From: Lysobacterales bacterium
GTDB lineage: Bacteria; Pseudomonadota; Gammaproteobacteria; Xanthomonadales; Xanthomonadaceae
DNA length: 64,000 nt
Reading direction: 5' to 3'
Assembly (NCBI GenBank): GCA_038248955.1
Contig: JBBRWW010000001.1
Coordinates: 25 to 64,024 of the forward strand
Part shown: piece by piece, positions 54,108-63,334 of the stretch
Layout of the letters: the number at the start of each line of letters is the position of its first letter
Numbering within the stretch: the first letter of the stretch is position 1
Position numbers and translations under genes: made by a program
The notes under the pieces: generated by a model
The model's input: the letters and a program-made list of their open reading frames with translations, nothing else
What the model was told of the DNA's origin: nothing
Databases searched by the model: none

Positions 54108-54596
54108 ATGCAGGGGGATTCATCCGCAGGCCGATCGATGCCCCATCCGCCTCCCTTCGCGCTGCAGCAGATCGACCATGTGGTGTTGCGCGTGCGCGAT
54201 GTCGCGGCGATGCAGGCGTTCTACTGCGACGTGCTCGGCTGCGTGGTCGAGCGCCGCCAGGACGCGATCGGGCTGCTGCAACTGCGCGCCGGCCACTCGC
54301 TGATCGACCTGGTGGACGTCGACGGCACGCTTGGCCGGGCCGGCGGTGCACCTCCCGGGCCGGAGGGCCGCAACCTGGACCATCTGTGCCTGCGCGCCGA
54401 GCCGTTCGACCGCGAGGCGATCGTCGCGCACCTGCACGCGCACGACGTGAAAGTCGGCGAATTCGGGCTGCGTTATGGCGCCGATGGCATGGGCCCTTCG
54501 CTGTACCTGTTCGACCCGGAGGGCAACCTGATCGAGCTCAAGGGCCCGCCCGACGACCGACCCGCCGCCGGCATGCACGAGCCCGTACGCACCTAG
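54108..54596 (+). CDS. VOC family (glyoxalase/bleomycin-resistance/dioxygenase) protein
   Basis: IDHVVLRVRDVAAMQAFYCDVLG...NLDHLCL...LYLFDPEGNLIEL. The ATG at 54138 is an alternative start. Confidence 0.8.
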   Translation: MQGDSSAGRSMPHPPPFALQQIDHVVLRVRDVAAMQAFYCDVLGCVVERRQDAIGLLQLRAGHSLIDLVDVDGTLGRAGGAPPGPEGRNLDHLCLRAEPFDREAIVAHLHAHDVKVGEFGLRYGADGMGPSLYLFDPEGNLIELKGPPDDRPAAGMHEPVRT

Positions 54597-54833
54597 TTAC
54601 TCGATTGGCGGACGTATCGTCAACGACGACCGCGAACGGGCATGTCAGCACGTGGCGGTGGAACTGGTCGAAAGTGGCGACCATCACCGGGCGGCGCAAC
54701 GGGCGCGCGCAGCAAGCGCCGCATCGCCGGCAGCCGATCGCAAGGTGAAGTGACGTTGACGAGGCTGGCGGCGTTCGTCCGCCGGCGCCGGCGCGTGACT
54801 CGGGCCGGCGCGATCGCGGTACATCGCCGTACC

Positions 54834-56129
54834 ATGGGGGCCGATCACGATCCTGGTCCACGCGTGAGCCCACCCCGGTTGCCCATTTCCAAGCGACGCC
54901 TCGCCATGCTGCTGGGCGGCATGGCGATGTTCGGTCCGTTCTCGATCGACACGATCTTTCCGGCGTTCCGCGCGATCGGTGCCGAGTTCGGTGCCGACAA
55001 GCTGGCAATGCAGCAGACCATCAGTGTCTATCTCATCGCCTATGCGCTGACCAGCGTGGTGCACGGGCCGCTGTCGGATGCGATTGGACGGCGCAAGGTG
55101 ATCCTCGGCGGATTGTTCGTGTTCGTTCTGGGCTCGATTGGCTGCGCGCTGGCGAACGACCTGACCACGCTGCTGGTGTTCCGCGCGCTGCAGGGATTGA
55201 GTTCGGGCGTCGGACTGATCGTCGGCCGCGCGGTGATCCGCGACGTGCTGCACGGCGACGACGCGCAGCGGCTGATGAGCCAGGTGTCGATGATCTTCGG
55301 CATCGCGCCGGCGATCGCACCGGTGATCGGCGGCTGGATCCTGGGCTGGAGCCATTGGTCGTCGATCTTCTGGTTCCTGGTCGCGTTCGGGCTGATGCTG
55401 CTGGTCGCGGTCTGGCGCTGGCTGCCGGAAACCCATGCGCCCGACGCGCGGCTGGCGCTCGCGCCACGGCGGTTGCTGCGCGATTACGTCGCGATTGCGA
55501 TCAATCCGCGCTTCCAGCGCCTGGCCGCGGCCGGTGCGTTCAACTTCGCGGCGTTGTGGCTGTATATCGCCTCGGCGCCGGCGTTCGTGCTCGACCTGCT
55601 GCGGCTGCACGGGCGGCGGCTCACGGAGAGCGAGTTCGGCTGGTTCTTCGTGCCGATGATCGGCGGCATGGTGCTGGGGGCGTTCCTGTCCGGGCGCGCG
55701 GCGGGCCGGATCAGCGGCGAGCGGCTGGTCGGGATCGGGTTTGCGTGCTCGGCGGTCGCCATGGCGAGCAACCTGGGCTACACGCTGTTGTCCCCGCAAC
55801 TGCAGGTGCCCTGGGCGGTGTTGCCGATCGCGCTCAATGCCTTCGGCGTGGCGCTGGTGTTCCCGATCGTGACCCTGGCAATCCTCGACATGTACCCGCA
55901 CCAGCGCGGTTCGGCATCATCGCTGCAGGCCTTCACCAGCCTGGTGCTCAACGCGCTGATCGCCGGCGTGCTGTCGCCGGTGATCAGTGGCCACGCGCTG
56001 TGGCTGGTCGCCGTGGCGACGACATTCCTGACCGTCGCCTGGCTGTTCTGGCGCTGGGAAATGGGCGCCTCGCGGCCGTTGGCCGGCTCCACCGCGCAAG
56101 CCGGCGCGTTGCCCGGCGAGTCGATCTAG
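54834..56129 (+). CDS. MFS transporter, Bcr/CflA drug-resistance subfamily
   Basis: GPLSDAIGRRKV motif A, 12 predicted hydrophobic segments, and FRALQGLSSG. Confidence 0.85.
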   Translation: MGADHDPGPRVSPPRLPISKRRLAMLLGGMAMFGPFSIDTIFPAFRAIGAEFGADKLAMQQTISVYLIAYALTSVVHGPLSDAIGRRKVILGGLFVFVLGSIGCALANDLTTLLVFRALQGLSSGVGLIVGRAVIRDVLHGDDAQRLMSQVSMIFGIAPAIAPVIGGWILGWSHWSSIFWFLVAFGLMLLVAVWRWLPETHAPDARLALAPRRLLRDYVAIAINPRFQRLAAAGAFNFAALWLYIASAPAFVLDLLRLHGRRLTESEFGWFFVPMIGGMVLGAFLSGRAAGRISGERLVGIGFACSAVAMASNLGYTLLSPQLQVPWAVLPIALNAFGVALVFPIVTLAILDMYPHQRGSASSLQAFTSLVLNALIAGVLSPVISGHALWLVAVATTFLTVAWLFWRWEMGASRPLAGSTAQAGALPGESI

Positions 56130-57442
56130 CCGCGCCGCATCAGCCAGTAGATCGGCAGGCCCGCCGACACCAGCACCGCGCCCCACAGCAGCGATTCACC
56201 GCCGATGCCGGCCAGCGCGTACAGGCTGTAGGCCAGCGCGGCCGCGGCGATCACGCGGCTGGCGCCACCGGTGCCACGCCACAGCCAGGCCGCGCTGCTG
56301 GCCACGTACGGCAGCAGCGTCGCGGCGGTCGACAGCAGGATCGAGAACGTGAACACCTGCACCAGCGAGTGGCTGAAGTTCGCGAGGACCAGCGCACTGG
56401 CCAACGCGCCGCTCACCAGTACGCCGACGATCGGCGTGCCATGCCGGTCGACCTTGGCGAACCCCGACGGAAACACGCCGTCGCGCGCTGCCGCCAGCGG
56501 CAACTGTGCGGAGATCAGCACCCAGCCGTTGAGCGCGCCCAGGGTCGACACCGCCGCGACCGCGGCCAGCGCGATCCCGGCCGCCGGCCCCCAAAGCAGT
56601 CGCGCGGCATCGGCCATGGGCGCCTGCGATTCCTTCAGCGTCTCGGCCGGGATCAGGCCGAGCACGGCGGTGCAGGCCAGGATCGTCGCGATCCCGGCGA
56701 CCAGGGTGCCGACGATCGTTGCGCGCGGCACGGTGCGTTCAGCGTCGCGGATCGAGCCGGCCGGCACGGTCGCCGCCTCCAGCCCGAGGAACGCCCACAG
56801 CGTCAGCGCCACGGTCGCCTGCGCGACGGACGGCAGGCTGTCGGAGGTGGGATTGAACGGATGGAACTGCCGGGCCTCGACGAACCACAGCGCGATGCCG
56901 CCAAACAGCACCAGCGGCACCACCTTCAGCACCGTGGTCACGACCTGCATGCGCCCGGCCTCGCGCACGCCGGCGAGGTTGATCGCGCTGCACAGCCACA
57001 GCGCGGCCAGCGCGCAGCCGGCGGCGCGCAGCGGGGTGGACGTGGCGGCGGGGAAGATCGCGCCGATGCTGCCGGCGAAGGCGACCGCGATCGCCGCATT
57101 GGCACACCAGATCGAGGTCCAGTAGCTCCAAGCGACCACGAAGCCCGGCAGTTCGCCGAACGCGTTGCGCGCGTATACGTAGGGCCCGCCCGTCTGTGGC
57201 CAGCGCGTGGACAGGCGCGCGAACGTCAGCGCCAGCACGATGGCCCCGCACAGCGTGATGCCCCAGCCGATCAGGCTGGCGCCGCCGTACTGGGCAAGCG
57301 CCGCCGGCAACAGGAACACCCCCGAGCCGATCATGCTGCCGACCACCAGCGCAGTGGCCGACCAGAGCCCCAGCGGCCGCGCATCGGTGGCGGGGCTGTC
57401 GGGGTGGCTCATGCCGCCGGGGATCATGCCTTCGCGGATCAT
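56126..57442 (-). CDS. amino acid permease (APC superfamily, APA/AdiC-like)
   Basis: LGLWSATALVVGSMIGSGVFLLPAALAQYGG...GGPYVYARNAFG resembles basic amino acid/polyamine antiporters. Its ATG overlaps the stop of the upstream Rieske gene. In-frame alternative ATGs at 57427 and 57412. Confidence 0.85.
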   Translation of the reverse strand: MIREGMIPGGMSHPDSPATDARPLGLWSATALVVGSMIGSGVFLLPAALAQYGGASLIGWGITLCGAIVLALTFARLSTRWPQTGGPYVYARNAFGELPGFVVAWSYWTSIWCANAAIAVAFAGSIGAIFPAATSTPLRAAGCALAALWLCSAINLAGVREAGRMQVVTTVLKVVPLVLFGGIALWFVEARQFHPFNPTSDSLPSVAQATVALTLWAFLGLEAATVPAGSIRDAERTVPRATIVGTLVAGIATILACTAVLGLIPAETLKESQAPMADAARLLWGPAAGIALAAVAAVSTLGALNGWVLISAQLPLAAARDGVFPSGFAKVDRHGTPIVGVLVSGALASALVLANFSHSLVQVFTFSILLSTAATLLPYVASSAAWLWRGTGGASRVIAAAALAYSLYALAGIGGESLLWGAVLVSAGLPIYWLMRRG

Positions 57443-58560
57443 GCCTTCGCGCCGCGATAGGCGTCGCGCAACAGTTCGTGGAAGTGGTGCACGGCGTTTT
57501 CGCGCAGCGGGTTCAGGCGGCCGGGCTGGTAGGATCCCGAGGCCAGGCCGCGCTGCACGTCCTGGCAGATGGTGAGGTCCTCGAGCTGCACCTCGTCGCT
57601 GAAGGCCAGGTCGGCCTCGCGGCGGGCGCGGGCGTCGCCGGTCTCATCCACGGTGTAGTAGAAATCGAATTCGACACGGCAGCGGTCCACGCCAACGGGC
57701 ACCACGCGGTTGGTCTGCAGGCGCCCGGGCAGGATGTTGAGCATCGTGCTCGGCCACAGCCAGTAGTACAGCGCATCGCCGTCGCCGTAGAGGCTGTCGC
57801 CCGGACTGTTGACGGCATTCACGAGCGGGCTCAACTGGTGGGAATGCCAGCGCGCGGTCTCGGTGATGTAGGTCCGGTAGTCCAGCAGCTGGTTGAGGCC
57901 CGGATGGATGTGCGGGACATGGTAGCCCTCGAGGTAGTTGTCGACGTAGACCTTCCAGTTGCAGGCGACGTCGTAGCCGACGCGTTGGTGGTGGCCGTAA
58001 CGCGCAAGTCCGCGATCGGCGCCGAGGCGGGCGTCGATGCCGGCGACGAACGTGTCGAAGTCCGGGGCCTGCGTCGCGTCCACCGCGGCAAACACGAGCC
58101 CCTGCCAGACGCGTACCACGAGCTGCGGCAGGCGCACGTCGGCGACCTCGAAGTCCGCTGCGGTGGCCATCTCCGGCGCCGAGCGCAGCACGCCGTCCAG
58201 GCCGTAGTTCCAGCCGTGGTACCGGCAGCGCAGCGATTTTGCCGCGAGGCCGTCACAGCTCGCGATCGGCCCGGCGCGGTGGCGGCAGACGTTGTGGAAC
58301 ACGCGGATTTCGCCGCTTGCGCCCTGGTCCTCGGCGCCGCGCACCGCGATCACCGGCAGGCCGGCGAAGTCCGCGACCACATGGTCGCCGGGGTCACGCA
58401 GCTGGCAGACGTGGGCCAGCAGCTGCCAGCCGCGGTCGAAGATCGCGCGGCGGTCGAGCGCCGGCATGCCCGGATCGCTATAGAACACGGCCGGCAAGGC
58501 GGTTGCATGGCTGGCGGGCTGCGAGGCCAGGTCAAGGTGGATTTCACTGGTATCGTTCAT
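57439..58560 (-). CDS. Rieske [2Fe-2S] non-heme-iron oxygenase alpha subunit (choline-monooxygenase-like)
   Basis: Rieske motif CRHRAGP...CRYHGWNY. Mononuclear iron site DNYLEGYHVPHIHPGL. ATG at 58560 preferred; GTG at 58590 is possible. Confidence 0.85.
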   Translation of the reverse strand: MNDTSEIHLDLASQPASHATALPAVFYSDPGMPALDRRAIFDRGWQLLAHVCQLRDPGDHVVADFAGLPVIAVRGAEDQGASGEIRVFHNVCRHRAGPIASCDGLAAKSLRCRYHGWNYGLDGVLRSAPEMATAADFEVADVRLPQLVVRVWQGLVFAAVDATQAPDFDTFVAGIDARLGADRGLARYGHHQRVGYDVACNWKVYVDNYLEGYHVPHIHPGLNQLLDYRTYITETARWHSHQLSPLVNAVNSPGDSLYGDGDALYYWLWPSTMLNILPGRLQTNRVVPVGVDRCRVEFDFYYTVDETGDARARREADLAFSDEVQLEDLTICQDVQRGLASGSYQPGRLNPLRENAVHHFHELLRDAYRGAKA

Positions 58561-58629
58561 GTCCGGAGTATGCGACAGGCGGGCAGCCACGCCGTGGCAT
58601 CATGGTGGTTGTGATGTGGGGAGAAACCG

Positions 58630-58899
58630 ATGGATCCGATCAGTCTTGAAGATTTGGCGCTGCTCGACGTGCTGGAACGCATCGACCAGGCGCTTGCCCA
58701 TGGCCCCAATGCCGCGCCGCTGCTCGAGCGCCTGGTTGAAGTCGGGCTGGTTGAAAAATCCGAGGGCGAACTGGTGCTCACGGATGCCGGCATCGAGCGC
58801 TGCAAATCGCTGCACCACCGGGTCGCGGCCGATTCCGAAGCCGAACAGGTGGTCATGGGACGGCAGAAGGCCGGCGAGGCGAATCCCGCCAAGTCCTAG
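58630..58899 (+). CDS. small hypothetical protein (89 aa), possibly winged-helix-like
   Basis: GGGGAG Shine-Dalgarno 7 nt upstream. LLERLVEVGLVEKSEGELVLTDAGIERC resembles a wHTH recognition helix plus wing. Divergent from the Rieske gene and followed by a strong terminator. Confidence 0.5.
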   Translation: MDPISLEDLALLDVLERIDQALAHGPNAAPLLERLVEVGLVEKSEGELVLTDAGIERCKSLHHRVAADSEAEQVVMGRQKAGEANPAKS

Positions 58900-58928
58900 C
58901 CCCGGCGGCGGCCGTCGCGGCGGGCAAC

Positions 58929-58956
58929 GAAAAAGGCCGGCTTTCGCCGGCCTTTT
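58929..58956. terminator. bidirectional rho-independent terminator
   Basis: aaaaaggccggc-tttc-gccggccttttt lies between the convergent small ORF and the M2 peptidase gene. Confidence 0.75.
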
Positions 58957-58980
58957 TCCGGTCACTTTCCCGCGCGCCGG

Positions 58981-61011
58981 TCAGGACTTCGCGGGCACCG
59001 CCGGTTTCGGGTTCGCCGCGGGAGCAGGCGCTGTCGCCGGCGCTGCGGCCGTCGTCGTCGATGACTGCCAGCCGCAGCTCTTGCCCTCGTTCTGCTGCTT
59101 GAGCCAGGTCTGCAATGGCGCGAAGTATTCCAGCACCGCCGAGGCGTCCATCTTTTCGCCGCCGGTGAGTTCCTTCATGGTCTGCTGCCACGGCTGGCTG
59201 GCGCCCTTGCTCAGCATCGCCTGGAACTTCGCGCCGGCGGCCTTGTTGCCGTAGAAGCTGCATTCATACAGCGGGCCCTTGTAGCCGGCCGCGTCGCACA
59301 GCGACTTGTAGAACTGGAACTGCAGTACGTGCGACAGGAAGTAGCGCGTGTACGGCGTATTGGCTGGAACGTGGTACTTGGCGCCAGCATCGAAGAACTC
59401 CTCGCCGCGCGCGGTCACCGGCGCCACGCCCTGATACTTCGCCTTGAGGTCCCACCACGCCTTGTTGTAATCGCCGGGCTTGATCGAACCGTCGAACACG
59501 CCCCAGCGCCAGCGGTCGATCATCAGGCCGAACGGCAGGAACGACACCTTCGCCAGCGCCATGCGCATCTGCGCGTTGATCAGCGCCTCGTTGCTTTGCT
59601 GCTGTTCGCCGACCAGACCGATCGACTGCAGGTACTTGGGCGTCATCGCCAGCACGATGGTGTCGCCGATCGCCTCGTGGAAGCCGTCATGCGCGCCCTG
59701 CTGGAACAGCGGTGGCAGCTTGTTGTAGGCCAGGTAGTAATAGACGTGGCCCAGCTCGTGGTAGATCGTCGTGAAGTCTTCCTCGTTGGGCTTGAGGCAC
59801 ATCTTGGTGCGCACGTCGCCAGCCATGTTCATGTCCCAGGCGCTGGCATGGCACACCACGTCGCGATCGCGCGGCTTGATGAACTGGGTGTTGGCCCAGT
59901 AGCTCTCGGGCAGCTTCTGCATGCCCAGCGAGGTATAGAAATCCTGCGCGCGCTCGGTCATGGCCTTTGCGCTGGCCAGTTGCGCGTCGTGCTCGATCTG
60001 CGCCAGCTCGCTGGAACTCGCGGAACCGGCATGCTTGGCCAGCTGCGCGGCATAGCCCTCCCGGTATTGCGCGTCCAGCGCACTGCTGATGTCGAGCTTG
60101 CCGGCGGTCTGGTACGGCGCCAGCACATCCCACAGGTTGCCCCAGTCCTGCTGCCACATGTTGCCCATCAGGTGCGCGGGCAGCATGCCGCCGGCGACGT
60201 GGCCCTTGTCGGCCCCGTATTTGGCGTCCAGGCGCGTGCCGGTGTAGCAATGCAACTGCTCGTAGAGCGGCTTGACCTGGCCCCAGAGGCGATCGGTTTC
60301 CGCGGCGATCTCCGCCGGCGTCATGTCGTAGCCCGAACGCCACATCTCACCGGTATCGGCGAAGCCCAGGTCGGTCGCACCTTCGTTCACCAGTTCGACG
60401 AAGCGCACGTAATCCTTGCGCATCGGCGGCGCGATCGTGTGCCAGCCTTGCCATGCATCCAACTGCGCGTTGTAGTCGCGGCTGTTGCGCAGCACGTCCT
60501 CGAGGTCGCCGAGCTGGCGGCAGGTACGCGCATCGCCTTCGCCGGTGCACACCTTTCCGGAACCGTACATGCCTTCCATCTTGGCGGTGAGCCTGGTCAG
60601 CTCGGCCAGCTTGGCCGGATCCTTCGGCGGCGGCATCGAGGTGCCGAGCTTCAGCAGGCTGATGGAGCGGGCGGTGTCGGGCGACATCGGCTGGCCCTCG
60701 AACCCGCGGGCCTGGTCGATCCAGCTGTTGAGCTGGGTCAGATAGCGCTCGTTGCTCTTGGCCGACAGCAATTCGCTGTCGTTGTTGATGTAGGTCGCCG
60801 ACAGCCATTGCGCGGCGGTCATCTCCGGATACATCGCGCGCATCTCGTCATTGACGCGGGCGATGAACTGATCGGCGGTTTCGCCGGCCGGTGCGGTCGC
60901 GTTCGCGGCGGAGGCGGGGGCGTCGGTTGGACTGGGCTCCTTCTTGCAGCCGGCCAGTCCGAGCACGGCGACGGTGATGCCAAGGGCAAGCAGGGCGCGT
61001 ACGGGTTTCAT
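58981..61011 (-). CDS. M2 family peptidyl-dipeptidase A (angiotensin-converting-enzyme-like) lipoprotein
   Basis: 676 aa. Lipobox LAGC. Zinc site IYHELGHVYYY, with the downstream GFHEAIGD characteristic of the ACE family. Confidence 0.85.
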   Translation of the reverse strand: MKPVRALLALGITVAVLGLAGCKKEPSPTDAPASAANATAPAGETADQFIARVNDEMRAMYPEMTAAQWLSATYINNDSELLSAKSNERYLTQLNSWIDQARGFEGQPMSPDTARSISLLKLGTSMPPPKDPAKLAELTRLTAKMEGMYGSGKVCTGEGDARTCRQLGDLEDVLRNSRDYNAQLDAWQGWHTIAPPMRKDYVRFVELVNEGATDLGFADTGEMWRSGYDMTPAEIAAETDRLWGQVKPLYEQLHCYTGTRLDAKYGADKGHVAGGMLPAHLMGNMWQQDWGNLWDVLAPYQTAGKLDISSALDAQYREGYAAQLAKHAGSASSSELAQIEHDAQLASAKAMTERAQDFYTSLGMQKLPESYWANTQFIKPRDRDVVCHASAWDMNMAGDVRTKMCLKPNEEDFTTIYHELGHVYYYLAYNKLPPLFQQGAHDGFHEAIGDTIVLAMTPKYLQSIGLVGEQQQSNEALINAQMRMALAKVSFLPFGLMIDRWRWGVFDGSIKPGDYNKAWWDLKAKYQGVAPVTARGEEFFDAGAKYHVPANTPYTRYFLSHVLQFQFYKSLCDAAGYKGPLYECSFYGNKAAGAKFQAMLSKGASQPWQQTMKELTGGEKMDASAVLEYFAPLQTWLKQQNEGKSCGWQSSTTTAAAPATAPAPAANPKPAVPAKS

Positions 61012-61185
61012 GAATGAGCACTCCAGTGAAGACTCGCGCCGATGCGCGTGTTTGCAAACGTATCCCGCAGGCTAGGGGGACGGCGGGGTCCGTTGCAAGT
61101 CGGCTGGTGCCGAAACGCAGCCCGAGGCTGCGCCCTTGCACTAGCAGCGCGCGTATTTCCGAAGGGCAGCGCTGGTCGGCGGCAG

Positions 61186-62112
61186 TCAGGCGCGCCGTGC
61201 GCGAGCCTCGAATAGCCCATATGCCGCCAAGGCCAGCAGCAGCGGCCCGAGGTGGAACAGCGCGCGGTAAGTCAGCACCGCGGCGAGCACCTGGGGTGCC
61301 CCGAGTCGCGGACCCAGCATTGCGATGAATACCGCCTCCAGCACGCCCAGGTTGGCGGGCACGCGGATGGCGAGGTTGGCCAGCACACTCAGCAGCAGCA
61401 CTCCGGCCACGGTGAGGAACGCAACGGTATCGGGCAGCAGCACGGCCAGGATCGTGGCAATGGCGAGCCACCCCAGCGAGGCGACGGCGACCTGGAGGAC
61501 CGCGACCGGCAGCGATGGCAGGTCGATCACGTGCCCGCGCACGGAGAAGCTGCGGCGGCGCGACCATGCGCACAGCGCCAGGCCCGAGGCGACGATCGCC
61601 AGCATTCCTGCACCGACGATCCGCAGGGCGACCGCGGCCAAATCCCATGATGCCGGCACCGGCACGCGGCCGAAGGCGAAAGCCAGTCCGCCGAGCAACA
61701 GCACTCCCGACCAGTTGCTGGCGACGGCGAACACGGCGATGCGCGCGATGGTCGCCACGCCCAGTCCCGCCTGCGAGTACATCCGATAGCGCAATCCAAA
61801 GCCGCCGACCATCCCGCCCAGGTTGAGTACGAACGCGTAGCTGATGAATGCGATCGCGAACACCCGGCGCAACCGGAGCCGATGACCGGTGTACACGCGC
61901 GCCAGGACGTCGAACCCGCAGTAGCAGGCATACGCCAGCAGCGAGGCGAGGGCCGCCACGGCCAGGCGCGACGGCGGATAGCTGCCGATTGCCACGCCGA
62001 CTTCACGCCACTGGATCCCCCGCGCGTAACGCACCAACAGCATGGCCGCAAGCAGGCCGAAGCCGGCGAGCAGCACCCGACGTAGCCACGGCAGCCGGGT
62101 GTGCCAGTTCAC
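61186..62112 (-). CDS. YbhN/UPF0104-type (lysylphosphatidylglycerol-synthase TM-region-like) membrane protein
   Basis: 308 aa with about 8 hydrophobic helices. AFISYAFVLNLGGMVGGFGLRYRMY is typical of the family. Confidence 0.7.
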   Translation of the reverse strand: MNWHTRLPWLRRVLLAGFGLLAAMLLVRYARGIQWREVGVAIGSYPPSRLAVAALASLLAYACYCGFDVLARVYTGHRLRLRRVFAIAFISYAFVLNLGGMVGGFGLRYRMYSQAGLGVATIARIAVFAVASNWSGVLLLGGLAFAFGRVPVPASWDLAAVALRIVGAGMLAIVASGLALCAWSRRRSFSVRGHVIDLPSLPVAVLQVAVASLGWLAIATILAVLLPDTVAFLTVAGVLLLSVLANLAIRVPANLGVLEAVFIAMLGPRLGAPQVLAAVLTYRALFHLGPLLLALAAYGLFEARARRA

Positions 62113-62260
62113 CGGCGGGCGGCGTCGCGGCGCAGCGGATGGCGGAGCCCGCGTGCGCTGCCGCAGGAGGCGGCGGTGTCAGTCGCCGCGACCCTCTTCC
62201 GAGGCGTGCAGCACCCCGCCGGGTTTGCCCGAACCGGCGTAACCGCAGTGCGTAGCCGGT

Positions 62261-63001
62261 TCATGTCGTGAGCCGAACGCGCAGCGCGGCGTGGTCGGAC
62301 AGGTGCGACCACGGCCGCCCCGAGAGTACTTGCGCCTCTTCGATCCGGGCATTGCGCACATAGATGCGATCCATTCGTAGCCACGGCCACCTCGCCGGAA
62401 ACGTACGCGCCGGTCGACCGGTGGTGGCCACGAACGCCTCGTGCAGGTCGAAGCGCGCGAGGATGCGATCGGCGCGCAGCCGCCAGTCGTTGAAATCGCC
62501 GGCCACGACCAGCGGCGCATCGGCGGGGATGTCGCTGGCGATCATCCGGCACAGCGCCTCCAGTTGCTGCTGCCGGTGCGACTCGCGCAGGCCCAGGTGC
62601 ACGCAAACGATCTCGAGCTGCGGGTGCTCGCCTGGCACGTCGAGGCTGCACCGGAGCACGCCGCGCGGCTCGGCGCCGGCGACCGATACGTCGTGGTTGA
62701 CGAACCGCGCGATCGGGTACTTCGACAGCACCGCATTGCCGAGGTGGCCGCCGGGAAAGGCCGCATTGCGTCCGTACGCATGTTGCGGCCACAAGGTGTC
62801 AGCGAGGATCTCGTAATGCGCAGCGTCGGGCCAGCCGGCATGGCGCCGCGAGTGCGGATCGTGGCCGCCCACTTCCTGCAGGCAGACGACCTCGGCCGAC
62901 ACGCTTGCGATGGCCAGGCGAAGCTCGTCAAGGATCGCGCGCCGATTCAGCGCGCTGAAGCCTTGGTGGATGTTCAACGTCAGCAGCGTGAAGGCGGCCA
63001 T
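62261..63001 (-). CDS. endonuclease/exonuclease/phosphatase (EEP) family protein, YbhP-like
   Basis: Internal start MAAFTLLTLNIHQG of ORF 62261..63211. VVCLQEV, VVAGDFND, and C-terminal SDHAAL. Confidence 0.8.
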   Translation of the reverse strand: MAAFTLLTLNIHQGFSALNRRAILDELRLAIASVSAEVVCLQEVGGHDPHSRRHAGWPDAAHYEILADTLWPQHAYGRNAAFPGGHLGNAVLSKYPIARFVNHDVSVAGAEPRGVLRCSLDVPGEHPQLEIVCVHLGLRESHRQQQLEALCRMIASDIPADAPLVVAGDFNDWRLRADRILARFDLHEAFVATTGRPARTFPARWPWLRMDRIYVRNARIEEAQVLSGRPWSHLSDHAALRVRLTT

Positions 63002-63334
63002 GCAAGGGGGTCCTGGCGCGGCCGCGGATTGGCCGGTGCAGCGTGGTCGACTGTAGGCATCGCCTCGTGCAGGCGGTGTTGCCGGTGCCGTGGCGGATGC
63101 GTGGTGCACATGATGGCTGGGCAAAGGCCCACGATCGAAACCGTCGGCGGACCTTGCATCGGCGTGGCAGGCCAGCGCCCCATTTGCGGGTATCCGCCAG
63201 CCTCGCGCCAACGGACGACCCTATCGGTGGGAGTGGGCACATGTCCGGGAACCCCTGTCTGCTGTCCTTGCGACCCGTCCACCGTTCCGGCGAGTCGTCC
63301 GCCGATCTGGCGCGCCACGTCGCCGCCAGAAGCG

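Noticed and set aside
55355-57460. 701-aa plus-strand ORF, plus the 30116..31885, 33303..35000, 35681..37036, 45630..47324 and 59329..61017 ORFs of similar character
   Set aside because: All are out of frame with or antisense to confidently assigned genes (MFS/permease, putP, hflX, hflC/purA region, sigma factor, M2 peptidase). All are dominated by Arg/Ala/Gly/Pro/His codons.
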